Virus record (IMG/VR): IMGVR_UViG_3300044911_003339 | Location: 1-64,000 of that record | DNA length: 64,000 nucleotides | Origin: a virus | Strand: one strand, 5' to 3' | Part shown: one piece after another, positions 24,017 through 33,454 of the stretch | Numbering within the stretch: position 1 is the first letter of the stretch | Layout of the letters: each line of letters begins with the position of its first letter | The notes under the pieces: model-generated | What the model was told of the DNA's origin: nothing | Seen by the model: the letters and a program-made list of their open reading frames with translations, nothing else | Databases searched by the model: none | Program-made: the position numbers and the translations under genes

Positions 24017-25903
24017 ATGAAGATCCAGATCACCAAGCAGTTGTCGCAAGAACTGAGTCGTCTCAGCAAGAAGGGCGCGGACTACGTGCCCGAGCACGGC
24101 GAGGCGGTTCGCATTCTGTTGCAGACGTTCAACTTCGAAGTGGACGAATACCGCTGGAGTCGTGACCGCGAGATCGACATCACGCGCACGCCGCACGACA
24201 AGCTCCAAGCGCTGCTCGCGAGCTTCCGCAAGCTGAAGGGAATCCGCGGCTACAAGTCCGCGTCGCTCGACATCGAGACGTGGCTCGACTCCCGCGACAA
24301 GACCGGCACGAAGAAGGCCCGCAACGTGAAGCACTACTGGCTTCTCGCTCGCGACTTCTTCGCGCACCAGAAGCACCAGCGGCTCTACGAGCAGGACGAG
24401 AGCGGAGCGCAGCGCGCGTACCATCTCGCCGCGCTCGATTACGAGCCGCAACGCACCTACAGCTACGGCACCTCGCCTGCTCGCGTCATCTTCACGCTCG
24501 CCTACCGCGAGTTCGGATTCGTCCGCACCACGAAGCGCTCGCACACGCTGGAGGAGTGCACCGTGGTCGAGGGTCTGCGCAAGGTCGGCCTCTTCCCGGA
24601 GAACGCATCGAACCGCGAGGAGTACCTGCTCGAATACGCGCGATGGCGCTCGCTCGCGGAGCGCATCGGCCTTCAGTGCTGGGCGCGCGGGCAGGCGAGC
24701 GACGACCTCGACGGGAATCCGAAGCGCACGGGATGGTGGTGGTCGCGCAACGTCGTGACGCTCGACCCGCAGGGCGAGGCCGGCAAGGTCGTGATCGACG
24801 TGTTCGAGGAAGAGAGCGACGTGAGGCAGGAGGATCGGTGGTACCGCACCGACAGCCGAAGCTCTTCGGACAAGATCGACAACGCGTACTGGGAGAAGCT
24901 CCGCGTCGCGAAGGACGAGGATGCGGACGAGGACGTGAAGGAAGAGCACGTGCACGAGGACGACGAGGACGAATCGTCTTCTCCTTCCGCTGAAGAGGGC
25001 GGCGAGGTCGGCGAGGGCCCGCTGGAGATTCCCGTCTACCCGATGCTCGCGGTGTTCGACATGAAGCGACACCTGCGACTGCGCGTGCACGTGTCGCAGT
25101 TGGAGGATTACGCCTTCGACCCGCGACTCGGCGAGCGTCTCATCCTGCCGCCCGACGTGCGCGACCTCGTGACCGTGCTCCTCTCGCACAAGGCGCAGTT
25201 CGCGGACGTGATCAACGGCAAGAGCGGCGGCGTCTGCATCCTGTGCGCGGGCCCGCCCGGCACGGGCAAGACGCTGACGGCGGAGGTCTACTCCGAGATC
25301 ATGCGGCGTCCGCTCTACGCGGTGCAGACGGCGCAACTCGGGACCTCGGCGGAGGAACTGGAGAACGAGCTTCGGCGCGTGTTCGCGCGAGCGCAGCGCT
25401 GGGGCGCGATTCTCCTGCTCGACGAAGCCGACGTGTACGTGCGCGCTCGCGGTGACGACCTCGACCAGAACGCGATCGTGGGCGTGTTCCTCCGTGTGCT
25501 GGAGTACTACCAGGGAATCATGTTCATGACGACGAACCGCGTGGACATGGTGGACGACGCGATCGCGAGCCGGTGCATCGCGCGCATCGACTACAAGATT
25601 CCGCACCCCAACGACCAGAAGCGGATCTGGCGCGTGCTCGCCGACTCGTCGGGCATCGAGCTTCCCGACGCGACCATCGAGGAGATCGTCGCCGCGTGGT
25701 CGGACCTCTCCGGCCGCGACATCAAGAACCTGCTGAAGCTCTCGCGCATGGTGACGAGCGCGAAGAGCGAGCCGATCACGAAGGCCACGATCGAGTTCGT
25801 GAAGCGCTTCAAGCCGACGGGCGCGCAGGAGGTCTACGACACGCGCGAGGGTGGCTCTCTCACGCTGCGTCAGAAGGGCGTGCGCTCTGTGAGGAACGCA
25901 TGA
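24017..25903 (+). CDS. AAA+ ATPase with large N-terminal domain
   Basis: GPPGTGKT, ILLLDEAD, FLRVLEYYQGIMFMTTNR, DDAIASR. Confidence 0.93.
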   Translation: MKIQITKQLSQELSRLSKKGADYVPEHGEAVRILLQTFNFEVDEYRWSRDREIDITRTPHDKLQALLASFRKLKGIRGYKSASLDIETWLDSRDKTGTKKARNVKHYWLLARDFFAHQKHQRLYEQDESGAQRAYHLAALDYEPQRTYSYGTSPARVIFTLAYREFGFVRTTKRSHTLEECTVVEGLRKVGLFPENASNREEYLLEYARWRSLAERIGLQCWARGQASDDLDGNPKRTGWWWSRNVVTLDPQGEAGKVVIDVFEEESDVRQEDRWYRTDSRSSSDKIDNAYWEKLRVAKDEDADEDVKEEHVHEDDEDESSSPSAEEGGEVGEGPLEIPVYPMLAVFDMKRHLRLRVHVSQLEDYAFDPRLGERLILPPDVRDLVTVLLSHKAQFADVINGKSGGVCILCAGPPGTGKTLTAEVYSEIMRRPLYAVQTAQLGTSAEELENELRRVFARAQRWGAILLLDEADVYVRARGDDLDQNAIVGVFLRVLEYYQGIMFMTTNRVDMVDDAIASRCIARIDYKIPHPNDQKRIWRVLADSSGIELPDATIEEIVAAWSDLSGRDIKNLLKLSRMVTSAKSEPITKATIEFVKRFKPTGAQEVYDTREGGSLTLRQKGVRSVRNA

Positions 25904-26115
25904 AGCTCTACGTCATCACGACTCGCACGAAGGACCACGGCGACAAGTACGTGCTCCGCGCACACCTCGTGACGCCCAGCGGTAGCTTCCCCGAGGCGAT
26001 TCCGATCGCCGTGGTGGACACGATCGAGGAAGCGCGCGAGCACGTGCCGTTCGGCTGCATGAACCTCGGACGCGACGAGCAGGATGATCCCGTCATCGTC
26101 GAGACGTGGCTCTGA
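25900..26115 (+). CDS. hypothetical protein
   Basis: Coupled; ends DDPVIVETWL. Confidence 0.65.
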   Translation: MKLYVITTRTKDHGDKYVLRAHLVTPSGSFPEAIPIAVVDTIEEAREHVPFGCMNLGRDEQDDPVIVETWL

Positions 26116-26118
26116 GGG

Positions 26119-26128
26119 AATCGGGTAG
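26119..26128 (+). promoter_or_regulatory. motif variant AATCGGGTAG
   Basis: 8 nt before ATG 26137. Confidence 0.65.
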
Positions 26129-26136
26129 AACCGCGC

Positions 26137-26895
26137 ATGCTGAAGTGTGATCACTGCGCGCAGCGGTTCGTGCTCACGGTCGTGATCGGGCCCGTCGCCG
26201 ATCCGACCGTGTGCGCGCGTTGCTGGCGAGAGAGGACGACCGTCGTGCTGCCTGCGAAGACCGAGCTTCGATTCCACCTCTACGCGCAGCCTCGCGGCTC
26301 GACCGGCCTCGTGAAGATCGGGCGCTGCGACCATCACGCGAGCGGCGGCTACTCGCTGGAGTTCGACAAGCCCGCGCTCGCCGACATGCAGCGCTGGATT
26401 CTCGCGAGCGCGCACGAGTGCTCGACGTGGGCCGACTTCGGCCTCTCGGCGCTCCCCGACACGCTCGACGACATCCACGTGTGGGCCGACTCGGTTCTCG
26501 TGATGAGCGGCTCGCGCCTGCCCTCGGGCTACTGCGAAGGCGTGGCCGAGAAGATGATTCTCTTCCCTCGGGCCGGTGCGACGACGTTGCCCGCGCGTGC
26601 CACGGCGTTCCATTCGCTCGCGTCCGTGACGCCGTGCCCCATCGAGGGCTGCCGCCTCATGGCGTGCCCTGGGAGGCCGCTCTGCGTCTCGCACTGGGCG
26701 ACCCTGCCCGAGCCCGAGCGGGAGGCCGTCTGGCGAACGCCTGAGGGCCCTGCGCGCGATGCGCGGTTGCGGGAGGCGGTCGAGAAGGCGAAGCTCGGGA
26801 CGTGCCGCCCCGCCGACGCCCCGCCGCCCGTGCCGCCTCCGGTCCCCGAGACTCCCGTGGCCGCTTCGCGCGTGCGCCGGCCGAGGCTCGCGTGA
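26137..26895 (+). CDS. hypothetical Zn-binding protein
   Basis: CDHC...CARC; CPIEGC...LCVSHW. Confidence 0.6.
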   Translation: MLKCDHCAQRFVLTVVIGPVADPTVCARCWRERTTVVLPAKTELRFHLYAQPRGSTGLVKIGRCDHHASGGYSLEFDKPALADMQRWILASAHECSTWADFGLSALPDTLDDIHVWADSVLVMSGSRLPSGYCEGVAEKMILFPRAGATTLPARATAFHSLASVTPCPIEGCRLMACPGRPLCVSHWATLPEPEREAVWRTPEGPARDARLREAVEKAKLGTCRPADAPPPVPPPVPETPVAASRVRRPRLA

Positions 26896-27209
26896 CGCCG
26901 CTCTCGCCGCTGTTCTACGTCGAGTGCGCCGCGTGCGGTGCAGAGGAGCCTGCCGTGCGCCGCGAGGGCCGCATCGAGCCTCCCGACGGCTGGGCCATCC
27001 TCACGCCCGAGTGCTGCGGAGCGAAGCGCGATCTCTTCGCGTGCGAGACGCACGGCTGCCCGACGAAGACCGTCGAGCGGATGTTCGACGGGCACCCGGA
27101 GACCACGCGCCTCTTCGTGATCATCCTCGGGAAGCCTCGCGACGACGGCACGCCCTCGCGATTCTTCTACGTGCGTGAGGGCAAGCGAGTCCGCCTCGTG
27201 CCCGCGTAA
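26892..27209 (+). CDS. hypothetical Zn-binding protein
   Basis: CAAC...PDGW...CETHGC. Confidence 0.6.
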   Translation: MTPLSPLFYVECAACGAEEPAVRREGRIEPPDGWAILTPECCGAKRDLFACETHGCPTKTVERMFDGHPETTRLFVIILGKPRDDGTPSRFFYVREGKRVRLVPA

Positions 27210-27217
27210 TCGTGTAA
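27208..27217 (+). promoter_or_regulatory. AATCGTGTAA motif copy
   Basis: Overlaps TAA stop; 8 nt before ATG 27226. Confidence 0.75.
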
Positions 27218-27225
27218 GCCCTCGC

Positions 27226-27939
27226 ATGGCCGACACGAGACACATGACCGAGGACGAGTTTCGTCAGCACCTCCGCAGGCTGCGCGGCGAGCCTGTCCTC
27301 TCGCCGCCCACGCTGCCCTGCTTCGGCCCTCGCGATTCCGTGCTCGCGTTGCTGGCGAGCATGGACAGGGCGCTGCGCTCTGCCTCGTTCGGGCATCGCC
27401 TCTACTGGGGTCGCTGGGCTCGTGAGCACCTCGCTCCTCACGCGAAGCACGCACACGCGACGGACTGCGATTTCGACACGGACATCAAGGGCGCGCCGCT
27501 CGTCCGGTTCTCCGGCCTGATCTCTGGGCACGACTCGGACGATCTCATCAAGTGGCAACTGCACAACGCGGACGGGTCGTCGCTCTACCTCTCGCTGAAG
27601 CACTACGAAGCCGCGCTCGCGCCCGGAGGCATGGAATCCGTTTGGGCGGTGCTTCGCGAGCTTGCGGAGTTCAGGGTCGGTCCGGTTTCGTCGATCATCG
27701 CGACGAGCGTGTTCCGCACGCAGGGCGTGCGTCTGCTCGTGAGCGAGATTCAGACCGAGGACGCGGATCGCAGGCTCGCTCTCCGCCAGTGGTGGGGCGA
27801 GCAGGCGGCACTCACCCTGGGTCCGCAACCGCTCATCGTCGCGCCCGGCACGCGCGACGACATCGACCGGACGACCATCATCATCGAAGCAACGACGAGC
27901 AGCGGCGAAGAGTTCGAGTTCGCATTGGAGGTACCGTGA
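27226..27939 (+). CDS. hypothetical protein
   Basis: Leaderless-type start after motif. Confidence 0.6.
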   Translation: MADTRHMTEDEFRQHLRRLRGEPVLSPPTLPCFGPRDSVLALLASMDRALRSASFGHRLYWGRWAREHLAPHAKHAHATDCDFDTDIKGAPLVRFSGLISGHDSDDLIKWQLHNADGSSLYLSLKHYEAALAPGGMESVWAVLRELAEFRVGPVSSIIATSVFRTQGVRLLVSEIQTEDADRRLALRQWWGEQAALTLGPQPLIVAPGTRDDIDRTTIIIEATTSSGEEFEFALEVP

Positions 27940-28388
27940 GAATCTACGTTTCGACACGAGGCGACACGCTCGGGATGTCGCAGGCAAAGCGCGCAGCCGA
28001 GCTTCTGGAGGCGCACGGGCACGAGATCACCTACCGATGGTGGGAGACCATCGAGGCCCAGCACGCGGGAGGCACGACGAACGACGCGGACCTCACGCCC
28101 GAGCAGCGCGAGATGTTCGCTGAGGCCAACTTCGACGGCGTGCTGACCGCGCAGGTGCTCGTCTACATCGAGCCGCACGAGAAGAGCGAGGGCGCGGCGT
28201 GGGAGCTTGGCGTGGCGTGGGGCCTTCGCTACATGCTCCGCCGCGAGGACATCACCGCGCTGCCCGTGATCGTCGTCGGCGCTCGTCGGGGATTCATGTT
28301 CTCCGAGTTGAGCGATTTCCGCGTGCCCGAGATCGCGCTCGTGCCCAAGCTCCTCGACACGATGATGCTGCGCGCGAGGCGGCGATGA
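27936..28388 (+). CDS. nucleoside 2-deoxyribosyltransferase-like protein
   Basis: RIYVS...GHEITYRWW...DGVLTAQVLV...SEGAAWELGVAWG...PVIVVG. Confidence 0.75.
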   Translation: MRIYVSTRGDTLGMSQAKRAAELLEAHGHEITYRWWETIEAQHAGGTTNDADLTPEQREMFAEANFDGVLTAQVLVYIEPHEKSEGAAWELGVAWGLRYMLRREDITALPVIVVGARRGFMFSELSDFRVPEIALVPKLLDTMMLRARRR

Positions 28389-28789
28389 CGATGCTCTCCG
28401 AGATCGTTCGCAAGCAGCGCTGGCTCGCCGAAGAGCTTCCGCGCCTTCGTCGCCAGATCGAGGAAGAGGTGCGCGCGCAGACGCACGCCGAGCACGGGCT
28501 CGACGCCGTGATCGCGGCTGCGTTCGCGGAGCCCTACGACCGCACGACCGGCAAGACGATCGGCCTGCGCATCCCCGACGAGCTTCGGCTGCGTCTGGAG
28601 GCACAGGTGGGGCGAGGCGCGGATTCCTACTCGCACCTCGTGATGGTCGCGATTCGCGTCGGCGTCGCGGCGATGGAGAACGCGCCGATGCCCGTCGAGA
28701 GCGAGGACGTGGAACCCGAGCAGGAGCCCGTGCATCATGACGCAGATGAACCCGCCGAAGAGGATGCCAGTGACCCCGATCTCGACTGA
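28385..28789 (+). CDS. ribbon-helix-helix-like regulator
   Basis: KTIGLRIPDELRLRLEA...SYSHLVMVAI. Confidence 0.5.
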   Translation: MTMLSEIVRKQRWLAEELPRLRRQIEEEVRAQTHAEHGLDAVIAAAFAEPYDRTTGKTIGLRIPDELRLRLEAQVGRGADSYSHLVMVAIRVGVAAMENAPMPVESEDVEPEQEPVHHDADEPAEEDASDPDLD

Positions 28790-29219
28790 GTTCCTGGAGG
28801 AGATTCGCGCGTTCCTGCGCGCGAACGAGAGCCTCGTCCCGTCGGCCGGCGCTCTCGCCGATCGCCTCGACGCCGTGCTCGGCGCGGAGCCCACCGTGAC
28901 GCGTGCGTGGCTCCTCGCGTGCCTCGCTGCCGTCGAGGCAGAGATGCCGCCTCCCCCGCCTTCCGAGGCAGAGGCGAAGCTCGACGGCTGGGACGACACG
29001 ACGCGACCGCTCGCGCTCTACGTCCAGCGCATCACCGGCCGACAGCCGATCGTCGTGGGCCGCGTGATGACCTTCTGGCTTCGCGACTCGTACGGCGAGG
29101 TCTGCGAGCGGGAGTACGACCTCTCGCAGCATCATCCGCGCGAGGACGTGCTGCTCGGGCTGCGAGCAGTGCAGCGCATCGTTCGGCTCGACCACAACGG
29201 CGGGCCGCTGGAGGACTGA
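28737..29219 (+). CDS. hypothetical protein
   Basis: AGGAG SD. Confidence 0.6.
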   Translation: MTQMNPPKRMPVTPISTEFLEEIRAFLRANESLVPSAGALADRLDAVLGAEPTVTRAWLLACLAAVEAEMPPPPPSEAEAKLDGWDDTTRPLALYVQRITGRQPIVVGRVMTFWLRDSYGEVCEREYDLSQHHPREDVLLGLRAVQRIVRLDHNGGPLED

Positions 29220-29221
29220 AC

Positions 29222-29626
29222 ATGGCGAAGGACAGGGGACGGGTGCCGCTTCAGGCGGCACTGCTGGAGAAGGAGATTCGGCGGCTGACGCTCGCGGGAC
29301 AGCGTGTGCAGGACGAAGCGAACATGCGTCGCTTCTTCATGGCCGCGGTGCTCCGCAAGGTCGGTCGCGTCGTCGAGTTGACCTCGGCGGACATCGAGGA
29401 GACGAAGCGAATCCTCGCTGCGCACGAGGCCGACCTTCGCGTCGAGCCGCTCGACGACAGCGATGGCGGCGTGCGGCTCTCGTTCGTGCTCTCGCACGAG
29501 CCCACGAAGCCGACCGCGCAGACGGTGCTGACTCACGCGCTCGCGAAGCCGGTGCCGTGGTGGCGTCGTGCGATCGCGAGGGCGAAGCTGTGGTGGTGGG
29601 GCGTGAAGCTCGAAAGGGGCGAGTGA
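29222..29626 (+). CDS. hypothetical protein
   Basis: GGAGG SD; amphipathic Trp-rich C-terminus. Confidence 0.6.
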   Translation: MAKDRGRVPLQAALLEKEIRRLTLAGQRVQDEANMRRFFMAAVLRKVGRVVELTSADIEETKRILAAHEADLRVEPLDDSDGGVRLSFVLSHEPTKPTAQTVLTHALAKPVPWWRRAIARAKLWWWGVKLERGE

Positions 29627-29629
29627 GAG

Positions 29630-30565
29630 ATGACGACGGCGAAGTACATCACCTATCACGATTACGCGGGCTTCCTCGTGCGAGGGGACTACCCGATCGC
29701 GATCGTCCCGACCGAGACGCGGCACATGCACGTTGCCGCGTACCTCACCGCGCAGATGGAATCGGCGCGCTGGGGTACGGTGCAGAGCTACGACGGCGCG
29801 GGCATGAGCGCGGGCCTGCTGCACAACATCGCGGTGCAGCCGCGCGACCTCGCGCAAGGCTCGCTCTGGGCGCTGCTCGACGCGATTCGCGATGCGGTCG
29901 CGCTGCCGAACAATCTTCTGCCGCCCTTCCGCGCTCTGGAGGAGATCCTCGCGCGCCTCGACGCCGCGGGGCTCGTGCTCTCCGAGGACGGCAAGCTGCG
30001 CGAGAAGCGCGCCGGCTCACTGGCGACCGGCCAGACCATCCGCAACCTGCTGAACGGCAGCGTGAACGGCAAGACGCCTCCGAAGGGGCCCGAGCACGAG
30101 AACGCGAAGCGCTGGGCCCTGCTCTTCTCGGAGGTGTTCTCCGACCCGCGCACGCACGACGCGCAGGTGCGCTACGCCGTGCGCTGGCTCTGCCAGGGGC
30201 GCGCCGCGGAGGAACTGGAGGTCTACCGCGCGTTCGTGCACGAGTCGGTGGACAGCCCCATCGCGCTGAACCGCTCGGACCTCCCGATGGAGGTCGATCT
30301 CGCGATGTGCGTCTACCACTCGTTCTCCGCGAACGGGCCGACGCCTGCCGCGAAGATTCTGAGCGACACGCTGCGCGCGTTCCCGAAGGTGCCCGAGACC
30401 TTCGCGAAGCGGCTGATCCGCAAGCTGGGCACGAGCGACTTCGGCCGGTGGAAGGACGACCCTGACGACAAGACGGGGCGCTACGACCACACGCGCAAGG
30501 CGGTCGAGGCGAGCGGTCTCTGGCCGAAGGCGATGGTGGCCGATCTCATGCCGAGGAATCTGTGA
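29630..30565 (+). CDS. putative lysozyme-like glycoside hydrolase (candidate endolysin)
   Basis: MES.....VQSYDGAGMSAGLLH resembles the E..v.sYD...S.G..Q motif of lysozyme-like muramidases. Confidence 0.45.
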   Translation: MTTAKYITYHDYAGFLVRGDYPIAIVPTETRHMHVAAYLTAQMESARWGTVQSYDGAGMSAGLLHNIAVQPRDLAQGSLWALLDAIRDAVALPNNLLPPFRALEEILARLDAAGLVLSEDGKLREKRAGSLATGQTIRNLLNGSVNGKTPPKGPEHENAKRWALLFSEVFSDPRTHDAQVRYAVRWLCQGRAAEELEVYRAFVHESVDSPIALNRSDLPMEVDLAMCVYHSFSANGPTPAAKILSDTLRAFPKVPETFAKRLIRKLGTSDFGRWKDDPDDKTGRYDHTRKAVEASGLWPKAMVADLMPRNL

Positions 30566-30831
30566 TGGCGCGTCTGCCGCCGCGCGTGGGAGACCAGATC
30601 CTCGTTCGGCTGCCGGGCGACTTCGACACACACGGCTATCCGGCCATCGTGATTCGGGTGTGGCGCGTCAACGGCGTGCTGCACCTGAACGCCGCGGTCT
30701 TCGTCGATTCCGTGGCGAAGAGCGCACAGGCCATCGGACCCGTCGTGACCGCCGAGGACGTGCTCGCGCTCGACCGCGCGAACGCCGCTCGGGGAGGTTG
30801 GTACTGGCGCGAGGACAGTGGCGGGGGCTAA
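30562..30831 (+). CDS. hypothetical protein (P.VG..V...AIV..V family)
   Basis: PRVGDQILV...PAIVIRVW...LNAAVF. Confidence 0.6.
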   Translation: MMARLPPRVGDQILVRLPGDFDTHGYPAIVIRVWRVNGVLHLNAAVFVDSVAKSAQAIGPVVTAEDVLALDRANAARGGWYWREDSGGG

Positions 30832-30879
30832 GCTGATCACTCCCTTCCCGCGATTGCGGGCTCCCGGAGGAATCAGAAC

Positions 30880-31131
30880 ATGCCGATCGCCGACACCAAC
30901 CAGCGTCATCGAGCCCGCATCCGACGCGGGCGCACCGTCCGCTACAACCCGACCACGGCGCAGGCCGCGGCAAACGGAGCGGGCCCGTGGCTCGCGTCCA
31001 TCACCAACATCGACGCCTCCGTGCGCTTCCCCGCGCAGATCGACGGCTTCGTGCTCCGAGCCGACGGCACGACGGCCGCGCTCTCCAACGTGCGCATCGG
31101 CGGAGGGAGCGGTCAGGCCAGCCTGATCTGA
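30880..31131 (+). CDS. hypothetical protein, possible paralog of upstream gene
   Basis: GGAGG SD; RGRTVRYNP...ASIT...GFVL. Confidence 0.55.
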   Translation: MPIADTNQRHRARIRRGRTVRYNPTTAQAAANGAGPWLASITNIDASVRFPAQIDGFVLRADGTTAALSNVRIGGGSGQASLI

Positions 31132-31138
31132 GGCAGCC

Positions 31139-32872
31139 GTGACCACCACTACAGGGGAGTCCACGCACCGGGCCCGGAAGCCACGAATCGTCTCAGACGA
31201 TCGCGCGCTTCCGGGCTCTGTCGTTTTCTCGGCTGCATCGCCCGACCCGAGCATCGAGGTCTCGGCGGAGTTCGATCCGTCGGACCCGTACTGGCGCACC
31301 GTCTACGACGGCATGCTGCGCTCGTCGCTCGCGTTCTTCTCGAAAGAGATTCTCGGGCTGCACATCGGTCCGCACATGCACGCGTGGGACCGGATGATCG
31401 GGGAGCATCGGCGTCTCGCGGTCAACGCAGCGCGCGACCATTCGAAGAGCACGTTCTTCAGCTACGCGTTCCCGATCTGGCGCGCGTGGTCCGAGCCCGG
31501 AGTCGAAATCTACATCTTCTCGGCGACCATGGAGCAGGCCGTCGAGTTCATCGACATCATCATCTACGGCCGCGCGAACCTGCGCGGGATGATCGACATC
31601 CCCGAGCTTCAGCACCTCGTGCCGGACCTCGACGAAGTGCGCCGCAATCCGAAGGTGCGTCTCAACCGCGCCGACGTTCGATTCCGCAACGGCTCCCGCA
31701 TCCGCGCAGTCGGCTACGGCAAGGCGATTCGTGGCCGTCACCCGAAGTACATCATCCTCGACGATCCGCTGAACGACGAGGACATGTGGAGCGAGACGGT
31801 CCGTCGGAAGAACATCGAGTACTTCAAGAGCGCCATCGTGAACATGGCGACGCCCGAGGGTCAGGTGTGCGTCGTCGGGACGCCCTACCACGCGGCCGAC
31901 CTCTACGGCTGGCTCCGCAAGAATCCCGTCTACAAGTTCCGCCGCTTCCCTGGTCTCTTCCGCGACCGCCGCACGGGCGAGGAGCGCGCGCTCTTCCCGT
32001 GGCGATGGACCGTCCCCGCGCTGAAGGGGAAGCGCGACGAGATCGGCTCGGTCGCGTTCGCTCGCGAGATTCTCTGCGAGCCGGTCACGGACGACCTCTC
32101 GATCTTCCCGTCGCATCTCTTCCCGCCGCTGCGCGACGAGACCCTGCGACTCCGGCCGACGCTGGCCGAGCTTCGCGCACGCAGGATCACGACCTTCATG
32201 GGCGTGGACATCGCGCGCTCTGCGAGCGTGGGCGCGGACTACTTCGTGATCTTCGTGCTCGGCCGTGACCCTGCCGGCCAGCGCTACATCGTAGACATCA
32301 TCCGCAGCCGCGGCCTCACGTTCCGCAAGCAGTTGGAATCCATCGCGCTCGCCGCGCAGAAGTACGATCCTGCGCTGATCTACATCGAGAGCAACGCGAT
32401 GCAGCAGGTCTACACGGACGAGATGCGGCGAGCGACGGACCTGCCCGTGCGCGAGTTCGTGACGCTGGCGCAGAACAAGTACCCGCTCGACCGTGGCGTG
32501 CCTTCGCTGCGCATCATCCTGGAGAACGAGAAGCTCACGATTCCGTATGCGAACGACGTGTACACGCGCACGACGATCGACACGTGGGTCAGCGAGGCGA
32601 CGCAGTTCGGATTCGTCGATGGCAAGCTCCAAGGCATCGGCGAGCACGACGACACCGTGATGGCGTGGTGGTTCGCCGAAGAGGCCGCACGCTCGGGTGG
32701 CTTCTCGTTCGCGTTCGGCGACGAGGACGAGGCAGCCGACGAGGACGAGAACGAGACCGGAGAATCCTGGGAAGACGTGTTCCTCGGGGGCGAAGAGGAG
32801 CGCGAGGATTCGGGCGAAGATCGCGCGAAGGGTCCCGACGACCCTGGCGGGCTCTCAGCGTTCAACGAGTGA
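31139..32872 (+). CDS. terL: terminase large subunit
   Basis: AARDHSKST, IRGRHPKYIILDDP, VGTP, nuclease GVDIA and HDDTVMA; start uncertain. Confidence 0.95.
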   Translation: MTTTTGESTHRARKPRIVSDDRALPGSVVFSAASPDPSIEVSAEFDPSDPYWRTVYDGMLRSSLAFFSKEILGLHIGPHMHAWDRMIGEHRRLAVNAARDHSKSTFFSYAFPIWRAWSEPGVEIYIFSATMEQAVEFIDIIIYGRANLRGMIDIPELQHLVPDLDEVRRNPKVRLNRADVRFRNGSRIRAVGYGKAIRGRHPKYIILDDPLNDEDMWSETVRRKNIEYFKSAIVNMATPEGQVCVVGTPYHAADLYGWLRKNPVYKFRRFPGLFRDRRTGEERALFPWRWTVPALKGKRDEIGSVAFAREILCEPVTDDLSIFPSHLFPPLRDETLRLRPTLAELRARRITTFMGVDIARSASVGADYFVIFVLGRDPAGQRYIVDIIRSRGLTFRKQLESIALAAQKYDPALIYIESNAMQQVYTDEMRRATDLPVREFVTLAQNKYPLDRGVPSLRIILENEKLTIPYANDVYTRTTIDTWVSEATQFGFVDGKLQGIGEHDDTVMAWWFAEEAARSGGFSFAFGDEDEAADEDENETGESWEDVFLGGEEEREDSGEDRAKGPDDPGGLSAFNE

Positions 32873-32885
32873 TCCGGCCGATTCG

Positions 32886-32914
32886 TTGACCTCGCGCGTG
32901 CTCTGGCGCACTCT
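32886..32914 (+). promoter_or_regulatory. possible sigma70-type promoter
   Basis: TTGACC-N17-CACTCT in an intergenic gap. Confidence 0.3.
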
Positions 32915-32968
32915 CTCGGCTGACCCGCCGTGCGAGACACGGCCAAGCCCTCACACGGAGAAAGCACC

Positions 32969-33382
32969 ATGCCGCGCGAATCCTACGCCCAGTCCCAGTT
33001 GCCCGCTCGCGGGCGAGATGCCGTCCCCTACCCGGACTACAAGACGCTCGTCGATGGTCTGCTGCTTCGCACGAGTGAAGCGCGCTCGGGCGGCGTCACC
33101 GGCACGGGTGCGGCGATCGACGTGACGCTCGACTTCGACCCCGCGGTCGTCATCCTCATCAACCGCACGGCACCGTGCCTCGTCATCAAGCTGCCGGGCA
33201 TGGCGACCTCCTCGTCGCTGAAGGCCGTCACCGCGGGCACGCTCTCGTTCGCAGCCTCGACGTGCACGCTCGGCGCGGTCGGCGAGAACAAGTTCACCAT
33301 CGGCACCGACGCCGACATCAACACGGTCGCCGAGGAGATCGAGTGGGTCGCGTTCGGCTTCTCGCCGAAGGACGGCGACTGA
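32969..33382 (+). CDS. putative virion structural protein
   Basis: GGAG SD; beta-rich T/A/G/V composition; followed by terminator. Confidence 0.55.
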   Translation: MPRESYAQSQLPARGRDAVPYPDYKTLVDGLLLRTSEARSGGVTGTGAAIDVTLDFDPAVVILINRTAPCLVIKLPGMATSSSLKAVTAGTLSFAASTCTLGAVGENKFTIGTDADINTVAEEIEWVAFGFSPKDGD

Positions 33383-33403
33383 TCGCTGATCAGCCTCTCG
33401 GGG

Positions 33404-33435
33404 AAGGGCTCTGGCGTGCTGCGCCAGAGCCCTTT
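33404..33435 (+). terminator. 13-bp perfect hairpin, terminator-like
   Basis: AAGGGCTCTGGCG-TGCTG-CGCCAGAGCCCTT. Confidence 0.65.
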
Positions 33436-33454
33436 CGCGATTGTGGAGGGTGCG

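Noticed and set aside
957-32872. Inteins or homing endonucleases in polA, recA or terL
   Set aside because: No C...HN splice junctions or LAGLIDADG/HNH motifs; lengths are near normal.
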